64,000 bases of DNA from Alkalispirochaeta sp. (GTDB lineage: Bacteria > Spirochaetota > Spirochaetia > DSM-27196 > Alkalispirochaetaceae). The stretch covers positions 2,528,001 through 2,592,000 of the forward strand of contig OZ271854.1 in assembly GCA_965601925.1 (NCBI GenBank). The letters are read 5' to 3'. Each line of letters begins with the position of its first letter. The first letter of the stretch is position 1. The position numbers were made by a program, and so were the translations under genes. The notes under the pieces were generated by a model. The model saw nothing but the letters and a program-made list of their open reading frames with translations, did no database searches and was not told the DNA's origin. Positions 50,820-59,917 of this stretch are shown here, piece by piece.

Positions 50820-51704
50820 ATGTTTCCTACCGAGTTGGAGGCGCGCAAGGACATTGCCCACTACAGTCGCAAGGTGCACGCCCACGGTTTGGTATCGGCC
50901 ACGGACGGTAACCTTTCCGTGCGTCTCGACGACGAACACGTTTTAATTACTCCATCGAGTATTCGCAAAGAGGATATGACGGTCGAAGCGCCGGTTATCG
51001 TGACGATGGCGGGAGAGTTGGCGTGGGGAGAACGGCGTCCATCGACGGAGGTGAAGGTGCATCTCGAAGCGTATCGCCGCCGAAGGGATATCAAAGCGGT
51101 GATTCACGCCCATCCGCCGAAGGCGATCGCCTTTACCATCGCCGGCGCCTCGCTGGATACGTGCGTGCTCCCAGAGGTGGTGGTGACTCTCGGCGACGTC
51201 CCGATAGCGCCGTACGCGACGCCCAGCACCGACGACCTCCCCGCATCCATGAGCGATCTCATTTGCAATAGCGACGTCGTCATGCTTGCGCGCCACGGAA
51301 GTGTTACGGTGGGACCGACCCTTGCCGACGCATTCAAAAAGTTGGAAAAGCTGGAGCATAACGCGGAGATTCTGATATACGCCCGAGTTCTGGGCGGTGC
51401 GACGCCCTTCTCAACGGAGCAGTTGGAAGAGCTTCAGAATTTGCGAACCTTCTACGGCGTCACGACGACGGTCAATGCATGTTCCCGCAGGACGAATGGA
51501 GAGTCGGTGGCGGCGCCGTGCCGGAAGTACGCGGTGGAGTCCGAGATCCATGCGCCTACATATCGGTCCGATCGTGACGTCTCGACGCCGACCCACGGAT
51601 CGGGCGGCGCACCGATCGGCGTTCAGAGAGATCCCGGTGCGACCGATGTCGAGGTAGACGCCCTGATAGATGAGATCGTCGCGCGCGTGCGTGCTCGACT
51701 CTGA
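50820..51704 (+). CDS. Class II (FucA-like) aldolase with C-terminal encapsulation peptide
   Basis: DGNLSVR, ITPS, PSTE..VH, AVIHAHP, ARHG; long low-complexity tail ending VDALIDEIVARVRARL. Confidence 0.9.
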   Translation: MFPTELEARKDIAHYSRKVHAHGLVSATDGNLSVRLDDEHVLITPSSIRKEDMTVEAPVIVTMAGELAWGERRPSTEVKVHLEAYRRRRDIKAVIHAHPPKAIAFTIAGASLDTCVLPEVVVTLGDVPIAPYATPSTDDLPASMSDLICNSDVVMLARHGSVTVGPTLADAFKKLEKLEHNAEILIYARVLGGATPFSTEQLEELQNLRTFYGVTTTVNACSRRTNGESVAAPCRKYAVESEIHAPTYRSDRDVSTPTHGSGGAPIGVQRDPGATDVEVDALIDEIVARVRARL

Positions 51705-51736
51705 GATAACGTCCAAGAACGATAAGGAGGAACGTC

Positions 51737-52939
51737 GTGGCGTATAAGACCCTCAACGAACGGACAGCGATCGATTATGTGAGTAAAAAAACGCACCCCT
51801 TCTCCGATACCTCGGCGCTGGCGTGTCGTGAAATAGGCGACGGGAATCTCAACATGGTCTTTCGTGTGTGGGATACCGGTGATTCGCATAAGAGCGTGAT
51901 AATCAAACAGTCGCTCCCCCACGCCCGCATAGACGAGAGTATCGTGGCACCCCTGGATCGGGCGCGTATCGAGAGTGAAATGTTGGTGCTCCACGATCGA
52001 CACTGTCCGGGGCTCGCGCCCAAGATTCACGATTACGACCGCGAGATGTACGCGATCGTCATGGAGGATCTCTCGGATCACGTCGTGCTTCGCAAAGGGT
52101 TGATCAAGGGCGTTGTCTACCCGCGCCTGGCCGATCACATGGGGGAGTTTCTCGCTCGTTCGCTTTTTCTGACATCCGATCTGGGCATGGACCCGCAGGA
52201 AAAGAAGGAGTTACAAAAGCAGTTCATTAATCCAGCGCTGTGCAAAATCACTGAGGATCTCGTCTTCAGCGAGCCGTACTTCGACGCCCCGAACAACAAG
52301 ATCGACCCGGAGATTCGCGAGCGCGTCGAAGAGAATTGGAGCGACGGCGCGCTCAAACGGGAGGTCGCCGTCCTCAAGGAGTCGTTCATGACCCACGCTC
52401 AGGCGCTCATTCACGGAGATCTTCACACCGGGAGTGTTTTCGTCACTACCGAGAGCACCAAGGCGTTCGACCCCGAATTCGGCTTCTTCGGTCCCATGGG
52501 ATTCGATATCGGCGCGATTCTGGGCAACCTCATTTTGAATCACGCGAGCCACATCTGGCACACCGCCGACGAGGCGCAGCGCGCCTCGTACCGCGAGTAT
52601 CTTCTGACCACGTTCAAAGGTATTTGGGAGACCTTCTCGCGCCTCTTTCGAGCGTTGTGGCGCGAGAAGGTGACGACGCCTATGGAGAGTAATCCGCTCT
52701 ATATGGAGAGCTACATGAAACGGCTCTTTGCCGACGCCATCGGCTTCGCGGGGTGTAAGATGACGCGGCGCATCGTCGGTCTTGCTCAAGTTGAAGATAT
52801 CCGGTCCATCGAGGACGCCATGGTGCGTGAGGCGGCGCAGGTCACCGCGCTGAATACGGCGCGGGATTTCATCATGAAGCGGCGGGAGTATCGTTCGATC
52901 GACGAGGTTGTAGAGACAGTGCGCGCCCATCAAGTGTAG
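51737..52939 (+). CDS. mtnK: 5-methylthioribose / 5-deoxyribose kinase
   Basis: EIGDGNLNMVF, IKQSLP, LCKITEDLVF, LIHGDLHTGS, DPEFGFFGPMGFDIG, RRIVGLA; SD AAGGAGG. Confidence 0.95.
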   Translation: MAYKTLNERTAIDYVSKKTHPFSDTSALACREIGDGNLNMVFRVWDTGDSHKSVIIKQSLPHARIDESIVAPLDRARIESEMLVLHDRHCPGLAPKIHDYDREMYAIVMEDLSDHVVLRKGLIKGVVYPRLADHMGEFLARSLFLTSDLGMDPQEKKELQKQFINPALCKITEDLVFSEPYFDAPNNKIDPEIRERVEENWSDGALKREVAVLKESFMTHAQALIHGDLHTGSVFVTTESTKAFDPEFGFFGPMGFDIGAILGNLILNHASHIWHTADEAQRASYREYLLTTFKGIWETFSRLFRALWREKVTTPMESNPLYMESYMKRLFADAIGFAGCKMTRRIVGLAQVEDIRSIEDAMVREAAQVTALNTARDFIMKRREYRSIDEVVETVRAHQV

Positions 52940-52978
52940 CCGGTGTGTTATATTCCCCTACGTAGGAGGATGTGACCG

Positions 52979-53761
52979 ATGCTCGCTGTGGAGAGGCGCC
53001 ATGCTATTTTCGGAATACTTCAGGAGACCGGCAGCGTAACGGTCGTCGAGTTGTCGCGACGGTTCGACGTGAGCGAAGAGACGATCCGACGCGATCTCAC
53101 CAAGATGGAGAGCTCCGGATTGCTGCAAAAGACATACGGCGGCGCGTTTCTCAACAGCGGGATGCACCTGGAAGTTCCCGTGACGATGCGGGAGCACACG
53201 TATGTTGAGGGTAAGAACATCATCGGAACCCTCAGCTCGCAGTTGATACATAACGGCGATACTATTTTTCTCGACGCCAGTACGACCGCGGTTTATATCG
53301 CCGAGAACATCCTCGACAAGAAGAATCTCATCGTGATTACCAATGCGCTAAAAGTCGCCGAAACGTTGGCCCGCGGTCCCGGGATCAAAGTTATCTGCGC
53401 CGGGGGGACGTTGAGATCCCAGTCTCTTACGATGGTCGGCAAGGCCGCGGAGACGGCGATTGCCACCTACTTTGCCGACAAAGCCTTCATCTGTTGTGAC
53501 GGCGTCCATCGTCTGCACGGGGTCACGGACGCCAATGAAAAAGAGGCGGAGATTCGCAAACAGATGATGCGTCAGGCCGAGAGCTCGATCCTGGTGGTCG
53601 ACGCAACCAAGTTCGACAAAACGTCGTTCGTCCATATGGCCGATTTCGGCGCCTTCGACGTGATGGTCACCGACCGCGAGGTATCGTCGGAGTGGAGAAC
53701 GACGTTGGAGGAGCACGATGTCCAGCTCCGATGCGGAGTCGCTCCGAGCGGCGCCGCATGA
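52979..53761 (+). CDS. DeoR/GlpR-family transcriptional regulator
   Basis: FDVSEETIRRDL, TYGGA, IFLDASTT, ITN, DATKF. Confidence 0.93.
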   Translation: MLAVERRHAIFGILQETGSVTVVELSRRFDVSEETIRRDLTKMESSGLLQKTYGGAFLNSGMHLEVPVTMREHTYVEGKNIIGTLSSQLIHNGDTIFLDASTTAVYIAENILDKKNLIVITNALKVAETLARGPGIKVICAGGTLRSQSLTMVGKAAETAIATYFADKAFICCDGVHRLHGVTDANEKEAEIRKQMMRQAESSILVVDATKFDKTSFVHMADFGAFDVMVTDREVSSEWRTTLEEHDVQLRCGVAPSGAA

Positions 53762-53931
53762 ACCGTCGATTCGGGGGAGCCGCGTCGTCGTGAACGCTTC
53801 TGGCGACCGAGGCGCGTAAAAAGTCACCACATTCATGTCTTTCTCTCCGATATACGCGCGGCACGGTATCGACGCCCTCTCCGGAATGTGTCGGAAGTGA
53901 CGGCGTTCGATCTATCTCCGTTTTTTCATAG

Positions 53932-54043
53932 AAAACCACATAAACAGTCATCAAGATAAAAAATCATTTGACATTGCACGATTGTGGGAGCATAATTCTG
54001 GAAAACCAGCTAAGAAACAACATTAGCTTGGTATAAAACCACA
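53932..54043 (+). promoter_or_regulatory. ABC/mtnA operon promoter flanked by AAAACCACA boxes
   Basis: TTGACA(53968)-17-CATAAT(53991); boxes at 53932 and 54035, variants at 54002 and 54015. Confidence 0.75.
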
Positions 54044-54081
54044 AAATTGGCATATCATATGCCGGGTACAAGGAGGGGAAG

Positions 54082-55149
54082 ATGCAAAGGAGTCTAATTC
54101 TGTTTTTGATTACCGTGCTGGTCGCAGGTACCGGTTTCGTATACGCCGCCGGCCAGGGCGAGTCCGACGAAAACGTGACGAGAATCGAAGGTGCTCCCGC
54201 CCCCTTCGACGGAAGTGCCGGGCGGCAGCTGCATATCGCGCACATCAGCTATTTGGTCGAGGGCGAGTTTATGCAGATGTATCGCGCCGGTCTGGAGGCT
54301 CAGGCACAGGAACTCGGTATGCGCGTTACGGTGCTCGGAAGACAGGGCGACGCGCAGGCGCAGGCCAATTTCGTGAATCAGGCGATCAACCTCGGCGTCG
54401 ACGGCATTGTCATTCAGCACGGGCTCACCGAAACGATGCGGGGCCCCGCCCAGGACGCTTTGGACGCCGGCATTCCCGTGGTCGCGTTCGACGTCGATCT
54501 ACAGAATTCGAATATCCCGCAAGTGGCGCAAAACGACCCGCAACACGGATTGAACGCAATCACTGCGATCGTCGAGGATTTCGGTGGAAACGTCGACATG
54601 GCCTACGTGCGTGTTGCCGGCATTCTGCCCCTCGACAAGCGCGACGGACCGATTCAGGAGATCGTTGCCGCCTATCCGAACGTGAGTATTGTGGCCCAGA
54701 CCGGTACACTCGACTCTCCTATTGCCGTGCGCAATGCCGACCAGGCCCAGGCGGTGCTACGGGCAAACCCGAGTATTCAGGCGTATTTAGCGCCGTACGA
54801 CGAGTTTGCCAAGGGTATCGTTCTTGCTCTGGAGGAGTTGGAGATGACCGACTCGGTGCGGGTGTACAGCATCGATATCTCGACGCAGGACATCGAGATC
54901 ATGACGCAGCCCGGTAGTCCCTGGGTCATGACCTCCGCGGTCAATCCCGCGGAGATGGGGGCCGTGTCGGTGCGCACCCTTGCGCAAGTAATGGCCGGCG
55001 AGGATGTGCCGCGCGATGTTCTGGTGGAGCCCATGATTTTCACCGCCGATATGCTGCGCGAGGCGGGTGTGACGAACATGGAAGAGCTCATGGCGAGTTT
55101 CGCGGCATTTAACGAATCCCCGGCGGCGCGTTCTATTTGGATGCCCTGA
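54082..55149 (+). CDS. Sugar ABC transporter substrate-binding protein (candidate methylthioribose/deoxyribose binding)
   Basis: Spirochaete-type signal (…VYAAGQGE), QAINLGVDGIVIQHG, AGIPVVAFD, APYDEFAKG. Confidence 0.88.
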   Translation: MQRSLILFLITVLVAGTGFVYAAGQGESDENVTRIEGAPAPFDGSAGRQLHIAHISYLVEGEFMQMYRAGLEAQAQELGMRVTVLGRQGDAQAQANFVNQAINLGVDGIVIQHGLTETMRGPAQDALDAGIPVVAFDVDLQNSNIPQVAQNDPQHGLNAITAIVEDFGGNVDMAYVRVAGILPLDKRDGPIQEIVAAYPNVSIVAQTGTLDSPIAVRNADQAQAVLRANPSIQAYLAPYDEFAKGIVLALEELEMTDSVRVYSIDISTQDIEIMTQPGSPWVMTSAVNPAEMGAVSVRTLAQVMAGEDVPRDVLVEPMIFTADMLREAGVTNMEELMASFAAFNESPAARSIWMP

Positions 55150-55267
55150 TAACGAGATCAGATACGATTTTTTCCTCGACGATAGATGCCGCCGTCCCGA
55201 TACGGGGCGACGGCCGAGCCATACTTGCGTATGATCGTGGATACCGATTGCGCGTGCGGAGAGCATT

Positions 55268-56347
55268 ATGCATTATGACGAACGGACGATGACGAATACC
55301 GAAACGATCAAGAGCATCGAGTGGCGTTCAGGAGCACTCTTTCTTCTCGATCAAACGAAGCTGCCTCTATCGGTAGAGGTCGAGGAACAGACGAGCGTCG
55401 AACAGGTATGGGACTCCATCAGGCAGTTGAAGGTACGCGGAGCGCCGGCGATCGGTGTCGCGGGCGCGTACGGTCTGGTCGTCGCGATGCGGGACAAAAC
55501 AAGTCTCGATAGGCCTTCATTTCTCGCGGAACTTCGGCGACAAGCCGCCTATCTGGACTCGTCGCGTCCGACCGCCGTCAACCTTCATTGGGCGTTGACG
55601 CGCTGCGTTCGCGTCGTTGACGCCGTCGAAGGTGGAACGGGCGACGAACTCCTGGCGACGCTCGTCGCCGAGGCGGAAGCGATCCACAAGGAGGATCTGC
55701 TTCTGTGCCGACGCATCGGCGAACGCGGGGAGCATCTCATCCGCGAAGGCGTCGGTATCCTCACCCACTGTAACGCCGGACGGCTCGCGGCCTCCGACTA
55801 CGGGACCGCTACCGCGCCCATGTATCTCGCTCATGAGAAGGGCGTACGGTTTACCGTCTATTCCGACGAGAGTCGGCCGTTGTTGCAGGGCTCGCGACTC
55901 ACCGCGTGGGAGCTGCGGGAGGCCGGAATCGATGTGTATACGATTACCGACAATATGGCCGCCTTTGTAATGCAAAAGGGGTTGATCGACATGGTGATCG
56001 TCGGTACCGATCGCGTGGCGGCCAACGGCGACGTCGCCAATAAAATCGGCACCATGGGCGTGGCGATTCTCGCCAAACACTTCGGTATCCCGTTCTACGT
56101 TGCGAGTCCCGCCTCCACCATCGACCTCAACACGGCTACCGGCGACGATATCGTGATCGAGGAGCGTAGTACGGACGAAGTGACGCACTTCGGCCTTAGA
56201 CGCACCGCTCCCGAAGGTGTCAAGGTACGTAACCCGGCTTTCGACGTGACGCCCGGAGAGTTGGTCACCGCGTTTATCACCGATGCGGGCGTCATCGAAC
56301 CGCCGTACGACGCGAATCTCGCGCGCATGTTCGCGCCGGACGCGTAA
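55268..56347 (+). CDS. mtnA: Methylthioribose-1-phosphate / 5-deoxyribose-1-phosphate isomerase
   Basis: LLDQTKLP, VRGAPAIG, SRPTAVNL, LTHCNAG, ESRPLLQGSRLTAWEL, GTDRVAANGDVANKIGT, NPAFDVTP. Start may be 55289. Confidence 0.95.
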   Translation: MHYDERTMTNTETIKSIEWRSGALFLLDQTKLPLSVEVEEQTSVEQVWDSIRQLKVRGAPAIGVAGAYGLVVAMRDKTSLDRPSFLAELRRQAAYLDSSRPTAVNLHWALTRCVRVVDAVEGGTGDELLATLVAEAEAIHKEDLLLCRRIGERGEHLIREGVGILTHCNAGRLAASDYGTATAPMYLAHEKGVRFTVYSDESRPLLQGSRLTAWELREAGIDVYTITDNMAAFVMQKGLIDMVIVGTDRVAANGDVANKIGTMGVAILAKHFGIPFYVASPASTIDLNTATGDDIVIEERSTDEVTHFGLRRTAPEGVKVRNPAFDVTPGELVTAFITDAGVIEPPYDANLARMFAPDA

Positions 56348-56370
56348 CGTCGCGTATCGAGGAGGCGCGT

Positions 56371-57906
56371 GTGGCTCGACCGTCCCCATTGATTGAAGTA
56401 CGAAACATCGGCAAATCCTTCGGTGCGACGCGGGCGCTGGACGATGTTTCGGTGGAGTTCTTTCCCGGCGAGGTCTTGGCGATGGTAGGCGCCAACGGGG
56501 CGGGCAAGTCGACGTTGATAAAGATCATCTGCGGATATCACGTAGACTTCGACGGTGAAATCGTGATCGGGGGTCGGCCGGTACGTTTGGCGACGCCGAA
56601 AGACGCTGCCGACAACGGTGTCGCGACGGTACACCAGATCATCAACCAAGGCGTCGTACAGAGTATGTCGGTGTATGAGAATCTTACGTTGGCCGAGCTG
56701 CTCGCTCCGGGTCAACGTCCCTTCTATGATAGAAATGCGCTTCGCGAGCGCGCGCGAGAGATCGCGCTTTTGATGGGGCTTGAGGTCGATTTGGACGTCG
56801 CGGTGGAGGATTTGAGCCAGTCCGACCGACAACTCATCGCCATCGCTCGCGCCTTGGCGGGAGATCCGAAGCTCCTCATTCTGGACGAGCCGACCAGTTC
56901 ATTATCCGAGAAGGAGTCCGAGCGCCTTTTTGAGATGTTGGAACGGCTCAAGGCGACGGGCGTCTCGATTCTGTACGTCTCGCATCGCCTACACGAAATC
57001 GGGCGTATCGCCGACCGCGTGGTGGTCCTACGAGACGGGACCACCGCGGGAACGCTGACGCGTCCCTTCGACGTCAAGGAGATGGTAACCAGAATGGTCG
57101 GAGAGATTCCCAAGCACCAGCACATGGTACGAAGCAACGGTCGCGACGAGGCGGAGCTCAAGATCGCGTTGCGCGATCTGGTCGTGAGCGAGGGTTCTCC
57201 GCCCGTAAACTTGCGCATCCATCGCGGCGAGATACTCGGCATAACCGGGCTCATCGGAGCGGGGAAAAGCGAGTTGGCCCAGGTGTTGTTCGGGATCAGG
57301 CGGCCCGTTTCCGGCGATATTCTGGTGGATGGACGGCGTATCGCGCCGCGGAGCGTCGCCGAGGCGGTCGCGCGGGGAATCTTCTACGTACCGGAGGATC
57401 GCACCAACAACGCGGTCGTACCTATGTTTACGGTGCGGCAGAATATGACGCTTCCTTTTTTGCGCGTCTTCGACTGGTTGGGAATCATGAAGATCGGCAG
57501 CGAACGCCGGCGGACCCGCGCTATGATCGAGGCGATGGGCATTAAGTGCGACGGCGAAGAGGCTGAAATGGACAGTCTCTCAGGCGGTAATCAACAAAAG
57601 GTCGTCGTGGCGCGGTGGCTTCTGGAGTCCTTCGAACTGGTGATTCTCGACGAGCCCTTTCAGGGCGTCGATGTCCGCTCGCGTCACGATATAGGACGCC
57701 ATCTGAGGGAGCACATCGGCGAACGGGCGGCGATCGTCATCGCGACCGATCTGGACGAGGTTATCGAAGTCGCCGACCGCATCATCGTTATGAACGCCGG
57801 CGCGATTGTCGGAGAGCAGCTCTATGAAAACATCGATCGCGATCAACTTCTCCATTGGGTCTCCCAGGAGGCCCCGCAAGGCGAGCGGGAGGCGCTTGAA
57901 GCATGA
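56371..57906 (+). CDS. Sugar ABC transporter ATP-binding protein (tandem NBD)
   Basis: GANGAGKS, LILDEPT, VSHR, GLIGAGKS, PEDR, LSGGNQQK. Confidence 0.93.
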   Translation: MARPSPLIEVRNIGKSFGATRALDDVSVEFFPGEVLAMVGANGAGKSTLIKIICGYHVDFDGEIVIGGRPVRLATPKDAADNGVATVHQIINQGVVQSMSVYENLTLAELLAPGQRPFYDRNALRERAREIALLMGLEVDLDVAVEDLSQSDRQLIAIARALAGDPKLLILDEPTSSLSEKESERLFEMLERLKATGVSILYVSHRLHEIGRIADRVVVLRDGTTAGTLTRPFDVKEMVTRMVGEIPKHQHMVRSNGRDEAELKIALRDLVVSEGSPPVNLRIHRGEILGITGLIGAGKSELAQVLFGIRRPVSGDILVDGRRIAPRSVAEAVARGIFYVPEDRTNNAVVPMFTVRQNMTLPFLRVFDWLGIMKIGSERRRTRAMIEAMGIKCDGEEAEMDSLSGGNQQKVVVARWLLESFELVILDEPFQGVDVRSRHDIGRHLREHIGERAAIVIATDLDEVIEVADRIIVMNAGAIVGEQLYENIDRDQLLHWVSQEAPQGEREALEA

Positions 57907-58940
57907 GTTCACAAATACATCCAGGGACGGTCGCGGACCGTCGCGCGGTGGACCGCACGGAACGGCTCAAACGGTTTTCCATCCGGTACGGATTTCTCAT
58001 CGTGATGGCGGCGTTGTTCGTGATTTTTGGGATCATACAACCGGTCTTTTGGCGGCCGGGGAACCTCTTTTCGATTCTCCTCGGCGTGACGGTATATGGA
58101 ATTTTAGCCTTGGGAGTGACCTTTCCCCTTGTGATCGACGGACTGGATCTGTCGATCGGCTCGGTCGCGGCGCTGTCGGTGATGATTTCGGCGTATATGA
58201 TGGTCGTTCTGGAGACGAGCGGCCTTGCGGCGATCATTGCGTGCCTAAGCCTGGGCGCGTTTATCGGGTTGATAAACGGTATATTGATCGTCAGGGTCAA
58301 AATACCGGACCTTCTCGCCACGTTGGGTATGATGTTTTTGGTACAGGGTTTGCAGCTCATCCCCTCCGGCGGACGATCGATCGGCCGTGGCGCGGTGCTC
58401 GCCGGCGGCGTGACCGCGCGCGGTGAGTTTGCCGACTACTTTCTCTTTTTGGGGCAGGGTCGCATATTGGGTATCGTACCGACGGCGGTGGCGATTATGC
58501 TCGTGGTTGCCGTCCTCGTATTTGTCGTGCTCTCCCTCACGCGTTGGGGGCGCATCTTTTACGCCATCGGCAGCAACGCCGAGGCGGCGCGGTTGGTCGG
58601 CGCCAAAGTCGATACGTATCGTATCATGGCCTACGTCATCTCCGGTACGATCGCCGCTCTCGGCGGTATCGTGTTGGCTGCGCGGGTGGGGCGGGGTGAT
58701 GTTCAGTCCGGCGGCACGCTCCTGTTGGACGCGGTCGGTTCGGCGCTTATCGGTTTTGCGGTGCTCGGCGTGCGTAAGCCAAACCCATTCGGCACCATCG
58801 TCGGAGCGATTTTCATCGGCATGCTGCTTAATGGGTTGACGATGCTCAACATGCCGTATTTCGTGCAGGACTTCATCAAAGGCGTGGTGTTGGTCGCCGC
58901 ATTGGCCTTCACCTTCGGACTGTCCAAGACCAAGACGTGA
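57903..58940 (+). CDS. Sugar ABC transporter permease (RbsC-like)
   Basis: Multiple TM helices, LDLSIGS, LATLG, YAIGSNAEAARLVG. Confidence 0.92.
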   Translation: MSSQIHPGTVADRRAVDRTERLKRFSIRYGFLIVMAALFVIFGIIQPVFWRPGNLFSILLGVTVYGILALGVTFPLVIDGLDLSIGSVAALSVMISAYMMVVLETSGLAAIIACLSLGAFIGLINGILIVRVKIPDLLATLGMMFLVQGLQLIPSGGRSIGRGAVLAGGVTARGEFADYFLFLGQGRILGIVPTAVAIMLVVAVLVFVVLSLTRWGRIFYAIGSNAEAARLVGAKVDTYRIMAYVISGTIAALGGIVLAARVGRGDVQSGGTLLLDAVGSALIGFAVLGVRKPNPFGTIVGAIFIGMLLNGLTMLNMPYFVQDFIKGVVLVAALAFTFGLSKTKT

Positions 58941-59343
58941 CCGATCTCCTCGTTCCGGCGAGCGAAGATGTTCGGCGCCGTGGGAATCGGCGCCTCACGA
59001 GTCGATTCAGAGTATCCATCGCTTCGGTCCCCGGTGTGCGCAGGGAAATATCGGTGATCGTTGCGGTATGTTCGCATTGATCGGTATTGATCTCGATGAT
59101 CGTCGCTCCATAGCGCTTCGCCATCGTCGGAAGCATCCCCGCCGGGTACACTTCTCCGATCGTACCGACGACGAGCATGGCATCGGCCGCCCGAGCGGCT
59201 TTTCCTGCGAGCTGCGTCGTCTCAGACGGTATCCCGTCGCCGAAGAAGACGACATCGGGCCGCAACAGCGCTCTCCCTTCGGACCGCGTCGGTGCGCTGT
59301 TTCCGGCCCGGCGGTAGTCGTCGGTCGATACGGATGTTTCCAC
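58909..59343 (-). pseudogene. Truncated sirtuin (CobB/Sir2) remnant, C-terminal half only
   Basis: LRPDVVFFGD, LVVGT.GEVYPA and IIEIN are present; the GAGxS, QNID, HG and Zn-Cys motifs are absent. Confidence 0.7.
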
Positions 59344-59354
59344 GATCCTCGCGT

Positions 59355-59900
59355 CTACTTAACCAGTTTCGAGATCTCTTTAAAACGCGCGGTCCCGCTG
59401 ACACGGGTGAGCTCGAAGAGAATCGATTCTACCGAGGTAATCCGCCCCCCCTCGCGTTCGATACGTCGAGCGGCTATCTCGCGATCGTGGCCGTTGCGAC
59501 TCGATGTCGCGTCGAGGACAACGACCGGCTGATATCCGGTCTCCAGGAGGTCGAGCGCCGTCTGGAGTATACATACATGCGCCTCAATACCGGCGAGCAG
59601 TACCGTCTTGCGGCCGAGAGAGGCGAGGCGCGCTCGGAACGTCGTGTCGTCGCAACAACTGAACGACGATTTTATGATCGGCGTTGCGGACTCACCCAAC
59701 GCCTCGGTAATCGACGCCGCGGTGGGCCCGAGTCCCTTTGGATACTGTTCGGTAACCAGAAGCGGCGCCTCCAGAATGCGGGCTCCGCGGATGAGCGTGA
59801 GTATCTTTTCGCGTGTTCTGTCGGCCTCGTCCATATGGACGAGCAGTCGCTCCTGTACGTCGACGATTACGACGGCTGTATTGTCAAGGACGATGCGCAT
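59355..59900 (-). CDS. Isochorismatase-family hydrolase
   Basis: VIVDVQERL, TEQYPKGLGPT, KSSFSC, GIEAHVCILQT. Confidence 0.88.
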   Translation of the reverse strand: MRIVLDNTAVVIVDVQERLLVHMDEADRTREKILTLIRGARILEAPLLVTEQYPKGLGPTAASITEALGESATPIIKSSFSCCDDTTFRARLASLGRKTVLLAGIEAHVCILQTALDLLETGYQPVVVLDATSSRNGHDREIAARRIEREGGRITSVESILFELTRVSGTARFKEISKLVK

Positions 59901-59917
59901 GTTGTTATTATGGCGCA

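Noticed and set aside
50820..51704. Aldolase read as MtnB dehydratase of canonical methionine salvage
   Set aside because: The motifs look FucA-like (DGNLS, HAHP), it carries an encapsulation peptide beside an AldDH, and no mtnC/D/W/X genes are nearby. Not excluded without an assay.
46923..53761. Assignment as a Eut, Pdu or glycyl-radical BMC
   Set aside because: No ethanolamine ammonia-lyase, diol dehydratase or glycyl-radical enzyme gene is present.
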